Origin: Auanema rhodensis
Lineage: Eukaryota; Animalia; Nematoda
Direction of reading: 5' to 3'
Length of the DNA stretch: 64,000 nt
Assembly (NCBI GenBank): GCA_964057225.1
Contig: CAXKVF010000080.1
Location: forward strand, 1 to 64,000
The notes beneath the pieces are model-generated. The model worked only from the letters and a program-made list of their open reading frames with translations, was not told the DNA's origin and made no database searches. Of the stretch, positions 55,701 through 64,000 are shown one piece after another (position 1 is the first letter of the stretch; each line of letters begins with the position of its first letter). The translations under genes were made by a program, and so were the position numbers.

Positions 55701-58700
55701 CTTGGTATGTAACTCGCTTCACGTGAAAGATAAAGAGATGCGGTTTTCAAAATTAGATTCCCCATGTCCATATTAGTCTAAAAACAAATTTTCATTGATA
55801 TTGGTTCATGGTAACCATGACTTTGAAATTAACGTGAACTTTAATTTATGCTAATTAAATGTACACGTGATGTGCACTTGGTATGTAACTCGCTTCACGT
55901 GAAAGATAAAGAGATGCGGTTTTCGAAATTAGATTCCCCATGTCCATATTAGTCTAAAAACAAATTTTTATTGATATTGCTTCATGGTAACCATGACTTT
56001 GAAATTTACGTGAACTTTAATTTATGCTAATTAAATGTACACGTGATGTGCACTTGGTATGTAACTCGCTTCACGTGAAAGATAAAGAGATGCGGTTTTC
56101 AAAATTAGATTCCCCATGTCCATATTAGTCTAAAAACAAATTTTTATTGATATTGGTTCATGGTAACCATGACTTTGAAATTTACGTGAACTTTAATTTA
56201 TGCTAATTAAATGTACACGTGATGTGCACTTGGTATGTAACTCGCTTCACGTGAAAGATAAAGAGATGCGGTTTTCAAAATTAGATTCCCCATGTCCATA
56301 TTAGTCTAAAAACAAATTTTTATTGATATTAGTTCATGGTAACCATGACTTTGAAATTTACGTGAACTTTAATTTATGCTAATTAAATGTACACGTGATG
56401 TGCACTTGGTATGTAACTCGCTTCACGTGAAAGATAAAGAGATGCGGTTTTCAAAATTAGATTCCCCATGTCCATATTAGTCTAAAAACAAATTTTTATT
56501 GATATTGGTGCATGGTAACCATGACTTTGAAATTTACGTGAACTTTAATTTATGCTAATTAAATGTACACGTGATGTGCACTTGGTATGTAACTCGCTTC
56601 ACGTGAAAGATAAAGAGATGCGGTTTTCAAAATTAGATTCCCCATGTCCATATTAGTCTAAAAACAAATTTTTATTGATATTGGTGAATGGTAACCATGA
56701 CTTTGAAATTTACGTGAACTTTAATTTATGCTAATTAAATGTACACGTGATGTGCACTTGGTATGTAACTCGCTTCACGTGAAAGATGAAGAGATGCGGT
56801 TTTCAAAATTAGATTCCTCATGTCCATATTAGTCTAAAAACAAATTTTTATTAATATTGGTTCATGGTAACCATGACTTTGAAATTTACGTGAACTTTAA
56901 TTTATGCTAATTAAATGTACACGTGATGTGCACTTGGTATGTAACTCGCTTCACGTGAAAGATAAAGAGATGCGGTTTTCAAAATTAGATTCCCCATGTC
57001 CATATTAGTCTAAAAACAAATTTTTATTGATATTGGTGCATGGTAACCATGACTTTGAAATTTACGTGAACTTTAATTTATGCTAATTAAATGTACACGT
57101 GATGTGCACTTGGTATGTAACTCGCTTCACGTGAAAGATAAAGAGATGCGGTTTTCAAAATTAGATTCTTCATGTCCATATTAGTCTAAAAACAAATTTT
57201 TATTGATATTGGTGCATGGTAACCATGACTTTGAAATTTACGTGAACTTTAATTTATGCTAATTAAATGTACACGTGATGTGCACTTGGTATGTAACTCG
57301 CTTCACGTGAAAGATAAAGAGATGCGGTTTTCAAAATTAGATTCCCCATGTCCATATTAGTCTAAAAACAAATTTTTATTGATATTGGTACATGGTAACC
57401 ATGACTTTGAAATTTACGTGAACTTTAATTTATGCTAATTAAATGTACACGTGATGTGCACTTGGTATGTAACTCGCTTCACGTGAAAGATAAAGAGATG
57501 CGGTTTTCAAAATTAGATTCCCCATGTCCATATTAGTCTAAAAACAAATTTTTATTGATATTGGTTCATGGTAACCATGACTTTGAAATTTACGTGAACT
57601 TTAATTTATGCTAATTAAATGTACACGTGATGTGCACTTGGTATGTAACTCGCTTCACGTGAAAGATAAAGAGATGCGGTTTTCAAAATTAGATTCCCCA
57701 TGTCCATATTAGTCTAAAAACAAATTTTTATCTATATTGGTTCATGGTAACCATGACTTTGAAATTTACGTGAACTTTAATTTATGCTAATTAAATGTAC
57801 ACGTGATGTGCACTTGGTATGTAACTCGCTTCACGTGAAAGATAAAGAGATGCGGTTTTCAAAATTAGATTCCCCATGTCCATATTAGTCTAAAAACAAA
57901 TTTTTATTGATATTAGTTCATGGTAACCATGACTTTGAAATTTACGTGAACTTTAATTTATGCTAATTAAATGTACACGTGATGTGCACTTGGTATGTAA
58001 CTCGCTTCACGTGAAAGATAAAGAGATGCGGTTTTCAAAATTAGATTCCCCATGTCCATATTAGTCTAAAAACAAATTTTTATTGATATTGGTTCATGGT
58101 AACCATGACTTTGAAATTTACGTGAACTTTAATTTATGCTAATTAAATGTACACGTGATGTGCACTTGGTATGTAACTCGCTTCACGTGAAAGATAAAGA
58201 GATGCGGTTTTCAAAATTAGATTCCCCATGTCCATATTAGTCTAAAAACAAATTTTCATTGATATTGGTTCATGGTAACCATGACTTTGAAATTAACGTG
58301 AACTTTAATTTATGCTAATTAAATGTACACGTGATGTGCACTTGGTATGTAACTCGCTTCACGTGAAAGATAAAAAGATGCGGTTTTCGAAATTAGATTC
58401 CCCATGTCCATATTAGTCTAAAAACAAATTTTTATTGATATTGCTTCATGGTAACCATGACTTTGAAATTTACGTGAACTTTAATTTATGCTAATTAAAT
58501 GTACACGTGATGTGCACTTGGTATGTAACTCGCTTCACGTGAAAGATAAAGAGATGCGGTTTTCAAAATTAGATTCCCCATGTCCATATTAGTCTAAAAA
58601 CAAATTTTTATTGATATTGGTTCATGGTAACCATGACTTTGAAATTTACGTGAACTTTAATTTATGCTAATTAAATGTACACGTGATGTGCACTTGGTAT

Positions 58701-61700
58701 GTAACTCGCTTCACGTGAAAGATAAAGAGATGCGGTTTTCAAAATTAGATTCCCCATGTCCATATTAGTCTAAAAACAAATTTTTATTGATATTAGTTCA
58801 TGGTAACCATGACTTTGAAATTTACGTGAACTTTAATTTATGCTAATTAAATGTACACGTGATGTGCACTTGGTATGTAACTCGCTTCACGTGAAAGATA
58901 AAGAGATGCGGTTTTCAAAATTAGATTCCCCATGTCCATATTAGTCTAAAAACAAATTTTTATTGATATTGGTGCATGGTAACCATGACTTTGAAATTTA
59001 CGTGAACTTTAATTTATGCTAATTAAATGTACACGTGATGTGCACTTGGTATGTAACTCGCTTCACGTGAAAGATAAAGAGATGCGGTTTTCAAAATTAG
59101 ATTCCCCATGTCCATATTAGTCTAAAAACAAATTTTTATTGATATTGGTGAATGGTAACCATGACTTTGAAATTTACGTGAACTTTAATTTATGCTAATT
59201 AAATGTACACGTGATGTGCACTTGGTATGTAACTCGCTTCACGTGAAAGATGAAGAGATGCGGTTTTCAAAATTAGATTCCTCATGTCCATATTAGTCTA
59301 AAAACAAATTTTTATTAATATTGGTTCATGGTAACCATGACTTTGAAATTTACGTGAACTTTAATTTATGCTAATTAAATGTACACGTGATGTGCACTTG
59401 GTATGTAACTCGCTTCACGTGAAAGATAAAGAGATGCGGTTTTCAAAATTAGATTCCCCATGTCCATATTAGTCTAAAAACAAATTTTTATTGATATTGG
59501 TGCATGGTAACCATGACTTTGAAATTTACGTGAACTTTAATTTATGCTAATTAAATGTACACGTGATGTGCACTTGGTATGTAACTCGCTTCACGTGAAA
59601 GATAAAGAGATGCGGTTTTCAAAATTAGATTCCCCATGTCCATATTAGTCTAAAAACAAATTTTTATTGATATTGGTGCATGGTAACCATGACTTTGAAA
59701 TTTACGTGAACTTTAATTTATGCTAATTAAATGTACACGTGATGTGCACTTGGTATGTAACTCGCTTCACGTGAAAGATAAAGAGATGCGGTTTTCAAAA
59801 TTAGATTCCCCATGTCCATATTAGTCTAAAAACAAATTTTTATTGATATTGGTACATGGTAACCATGACTTTGAAATTTACGTGAACTTTAATTTATGCT
59901 AATTAAATGTACACGTGATGTGCACTTGGTATGTAACTCGCTTCACGTGAAAGATAAAGAGATGCGGTTTTCAAAATTAGATTCCCCATGTCCATATTAG
60001 TCTAAAAACAAATTTTTATTGATATTGGTTCATGGTAACCATGACTTTGAAATTTACGTGAACTTTAATTTATGCTAATTAAATGTACACGTGATGTGCA
60101 CTTGGTATGTAACTCGCTTCACGTGAAAGATAAAGAGATGCGGTTTTCAAAATTAGATTCCCCATGTCCATATTAGTCTAACAACAAATTTTTATCTATA
60201 TTGGTTCATGGTAACCATGACTTTGAAATTTACGTGAACTTTAATTTATGCTAATTAAATGTACACGTGATGTGCACTTGGTATGTAACTCGCTTCACGT
60301 GAAAGATAAAGAGATGCGGTTTTCAAAATTAGATTCCCCATGTCCATATTAGTCTAAAAACAAATTTTTATTGATATTAGTTCATGGTAACCATGACTTT
60401 GAAATTTACGTGAACTTTAATTTATGCTAATTAAATGTACACGTGATGTGCACTTGGTATGTAACTCGCTTCACGTGAAAGATAAAGAGATGCGGTTTTC
60501 AAAATTAGATTCCCCATGTCCATATTAGTCTAAAAACAAATTTTTATTGATATTGGTTCATGGTAACCATGACTTTGAAATTTACGTGAACTTTAATTTA
60601 TGCTAATTAAATGTACACGTGATGTGCACTTGGTATGTAACTCGCTTCACGTGAAAGATAAAGAGATGCGGTTTTCAAAATTAGATTCCCCATGTCCATA
60701 TTAGTCTAAAAACAAATTTTCATTGATATTGGTTCATGGTAACCATGACTTTGAAATTAACGTGAACTTTAATTTATGCTAATTAAATGTACACGTGATG
60801 TGCACTTGGTATGTAACTCGCTTCACGTGAAAGATAAAGAGATGCGGTTTTCGAAATTAGATTCCCCATGTCCATATTAGTCTAAAAACAAATTTTTATT
60901 GATATTGCTTCATGGTAACCATGACTTTGAAATTTACGTGAACTTTAATTTATGCTAATTAAATGTACACGTGATGTGCACTTGGTATGTAACTCGCTTC
61001 ACGTGAAAGATAAAGAGATGCGGTTTTCAAAATTAGATTCCCCATGTCCATATTAGTCTAAAAACAAATTTTTATTGATATTGGTTCATGGTAACCATGA
61101 CTTTGAAATTTACGTGAACTTTAATTTATGCTAATTAAATGTACACGTGATGTGCACTTGGTATGTAACTCGCTTCACGTGAAAGATAAAGAGATGCGGT
61201 TTTCAAAATTAGATTCCCCATGTCCATATTAGTCTAAAAACAAATTTTTATTGATATTAGTTCATGGTAACCATGACTTTGAAATTTACGTGAACTTTAA
61301 TTTATGCTAATTAAATGTACACGTGATGTGCACTTGGTATGTAACTCGCTTCACGTGAAAGATAAAGAGATGCGGTTTTCAAAATTAGATTCCCCATGTC
61401 CATATTAGTCTAAAAACAAATTTTTATTGATATTGGTGCATGGTAACCATGACTTTGAAATTTACGTGAACTTTAATTTATGCTAATTAAATGTACACGT
61501 GATGTGCACTTGGTATGTAACTCGCTTCACGTGAAAGATAAAGAGATGCGGTTTTCAAAATTAGATTCCCCATGTCCATATTAGTCTAAAAACAAATTTT
61601 TATTGATATTGGTGAATGGTAACCATGACTTTGAAATTTACGTGAACTTTAATTTATGCTAATTAAATGTACACGTGATGTGCACTTGGTATGTAACTCG

Positions 61701-62639
61701 CTTCACGTGAAAGATGAAGAGATGCGGTTTTCAAAATTAGATTCCTCATGTCCATATTAGTCTAAAAACAAATTTTTATTAATATTGGTTCATGGTAACC
61801 ATGACTTTGAAATTTACGTGAACTTTAATTTATGCTAATTAAATGTACACGTGATGTGCACTTGGTATGTAACTCGCTTCACGTGAAAGATAAAGAGATG
61901 CGGTTTTCAAAATTAGATTCCCCATGTCCATATTAGTCTAAAAACAAATTTTTATTGATATTGGTGCATGGTAACCATGACTTTGAAATTTACGTGAACT
62001 TTAATTTATGCTAATTAAATGTACACGTGATGTGCACTTGGTATGTAACTCGCTTCACGTGCAAGATAAAGAGATGCGGTTTTCAAAATTAGATTCCCCA
62101 TGTCCATATTAGTCTAAAAACAAATTTTTATTGATATTGGTGCATGGTAACCATGACTTTGAAATTTACGTGAACTTTAATTTATGCTAATTAAATGTAC
62201 ACGTGATGTGCACTTGGTATGTAACTCGCTTCACGTGAAAGATAAAGAGATGCGGTTTTCAAAATTAGATTCCCCATGTCCATATTAGTCTAAAAACAAA
62301 TTTTTATTGATATTGGTACATGGTAACCATGACTTTGAAATTTACGTGAACTTTAATTTATGCTAATTAAATGTACACGTGATGTGCACTTGGTATGTAA
62401 CTCGCTTCACGTGAAAGATAAAGAGATGCGGTTTTCAAAATTAGATTCCCCATGTCCATATTAGTCTAAAAACAAATTTTTATTGATATTGGTTCATGGT
62501 AACCATGACTTTGAAATTTACGTGAACTTTAATTTATGCTAATTAAATGTACACGTGATGTGCACTTGGTATGTAACTCGCTTCACGTGAAAGATAAAGA
62601 GATGCGGTTTTCAAAATTAGATTCCCCATGTCCATATTA
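49792..62639. repeat. 14-monomer (2464-bp) higher-order repeat domain, about 4.5 copies, interrupted by a 5-mer run
   Basis: TATCTATA at 49792/52256/57712/60176; TTTTCATT+TAACG+TTCGA at 50320/52784/55776/58240/60704; GGTGAAT+GATGAA+CCTCAT at 51200/56656/59120/61584; TTAATA at 51376/56832/59296/61760; GGTACAT at 51904/57360/59824/62288. Confidence 0.93.
53488..55775. repeat. 5-monomer (880-bp) higher-order repeat, about 2.6 copies
   Basis: GTCCAAAA at 53664/54544/55424 and GATATAG at 53840/54720. The same pair occurs earlier at 49088/49264. Confidence 0.88.
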
Positions 62640-64000
62640 GTCTAAAAACAAATTTTTATTGATATTGGTGAATGGTAACCATGACTTTGAAATTTACGTG
62701 AACTTTAATTTATGCTAATTAAATGTACACGTGATGTGCACTTGGTATGTAACTCGCTTCACGTGAAAGATAAAGAGATGCGGTTTTCAAAATTAGATTC
62801 CTCATGTCCATATTAGTCTAAAAACAAATTTTTATTAATATTGGTTCATGGTAACCATGACTTTGAAATTTACGTGAACTTTAATTTATGCTAATTAAAT
62901 GTACACGTGATGTGCACTTGGTATGTAACTCGCTTCACGTGAAAGATAAAGAGATGCGGTTTTCAAAATTAGATTCCCCATGTCCATATTAGTCTAAAAA
63001 CAAATTTTTATTGATATTGGTGCATGGTAACCATGACTTTGAAATTTACGTGAACTTTAATTTATGCTAATTAAATGTACACGTGATGTGCACTTGGTAT
63101 GTAACTCGCTTCACGTGAAAGATAAAGAGATGCGGTTTTCAAAATTAGATTCCCCATGTCCATATTAGTCTAAAAACAAATTTTTATTGATATTGCTTCA
63201 TGGTAACCATGACTTTGAAATTTACGTGAACTTTAATTTATGCTAATTAAATGTACACGTGATGTGCACTTGGTATGTAACTCGCTTCACGTGAAAGATA
63301 AAGAGATGCGGTTTTCAAAATTAGATTCCCCATGTCCATATTAGTCTAAAAACAAATTTTTATTGATATTGGTGCATGGTAACCATGACTTTGAAATTTA
63401 CGTGAACTTTAATTTATGCTAATTAAATGTACACGTGATGTGCACTTGGTATGTAACTCGCTTCACGTGAAAGATAAAGAGATGCGGTTTTCAAAATTAG
63501 ATTCCCCATGTCCATATTAGTCTAAAAACAAATTTTTATTGATATTGGTACATGGTAACCATGACTTTGAAATTTACGTGAACTTTAATTTATGCTAATT
63601 AAATGTACACGTGATGTGCACTTGGTATGTAACTCGCTTCACGTGAAAGATAAAGAGATGCGGTTTCCAAAATTAGATTCCCCATGTCCATATTAGTCTA
63701 AAAACAAATTTTTATTAATATTGGTTCATGGTAACCATGACTTTGAAATTTACGTGAACTTTAATTTATGCTAATTAAATGTACACGTGATGTGCACTTG
63801 GTATGTAACTCGCTTCACGTGAAAGATAAAGAGATGCGGTTTTCAAAATTAGATTCCCCATGTCCATATTGGTCTAAAAACAAATTTTTATTGATATTGG
63901 TTCATGGTAACCATGACTTTGAAATTTACGTGAACTTTAATTTATGCTAATTAAATGTACACGTGATGTGCACTTGGTATGTAACTCGCTTCACGTGAAA

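Larger units (their letters stand above)
1..64000. repeat. 176-bp tandem satellite DNA array (363 full monomers plus a partial one), candidate centromeric/pericentromeric satellite
   Basis: GTCTAAAAAC recurs at 1, 177, 353 and so on, with an exact 176-bp period over 1-11616, 17772-21467, 21634-37649, 37825-41168 and 41344-64000. Net indel over the window is -17 bp (monomer 364 starts at 63872). There is no non-repeat sequence, and the array runs off both ends. The repeat call is direct; the centromeric role is inference. Confidence 0.99.

Noticed and set aside
63768-63950. 60-aa ORF MLIKCTRDVHLVCNSLHVKDKEMRFSKLDSPCPYWSKNKFLLILVHGNHDFEIYVNFNLC
   Set aside because: It is the satellite monomer read through one private A>G at 63871 (TAG>TGG). 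Other monomers stop at this codon, 176 is not a multiple of 3, and the peptide has no recognisable domain.
1-64000. CRISPR array or other repeat-spacer system
   Set aside because: There are no unique spacers: the entire 176 bp is repeated, the variable site is only 5 bp with a few recurring alleles, and no cas genes are present.
1-64000. Assignment to Brassica CentBr, Arabidopsis CEN178 or primate alpha satellite
   Set aside because: The monomer length is similar, but I see no sequence resemblance to those families, and length alone is not diagnostic.
1-64000. Apparent 2640-bp periodicity in the printed layout
   Set aside because: This is a formatting effect (15 x 176 = 44 lines of 60). A real 15-mer offset is supported by variants only locally (17241/19884 and 41696/44336).

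Overview
The whole 64-kb window is one uninterrupted head-to-tail tandem array of a 176-bp AT-rich monomer (57/176 = about 32% GC), with 363 complete copies plus a 129-bp partial copy, all in the same orientation. Consensus, phased from position 1: GTCTAAAAACAAATTTTTATTGATATTGGT[G/T]CATGGTAACCATGACTTTGAAATTTACGTGAACTTTAATTTATGCTAATTAAATGTACACGTGATGTGCACTTGGTATGTAACTCGCTTCACGTGAAAGATAAAGAGATGCGGTTTTCAAAATTAGATTCCCCATGTCCATATTA. Most copies differ from it at only 0-3 positions. I found no genes, RNA genes, CRISPR spacers or inserted elements, and the single 60-aa ORF is a chance loss of a stop codon. This looks like eukaryotic satellite DNA. The nucleosome-sized unit, extreme homogeneity and dyad-rich monomer make it a centromeric or pericentromeric candidate, but that is inference, and I do not recognise the family or organism. 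The informative signal is in the rare variants. They show nested, locally changing higher-order repeats (3-, 5-, 8-, 11-, 14-, 15- and 23-mers), a ~24.5-kb-offset segmental duplication, chimeric and converted monomers, a hypervariable 5-bp site, and one indel-rich stretch (11.6-17.8 kb) that is probably lower-quality consensus. All variant calls were read by eye. I found no protein-based novel system.
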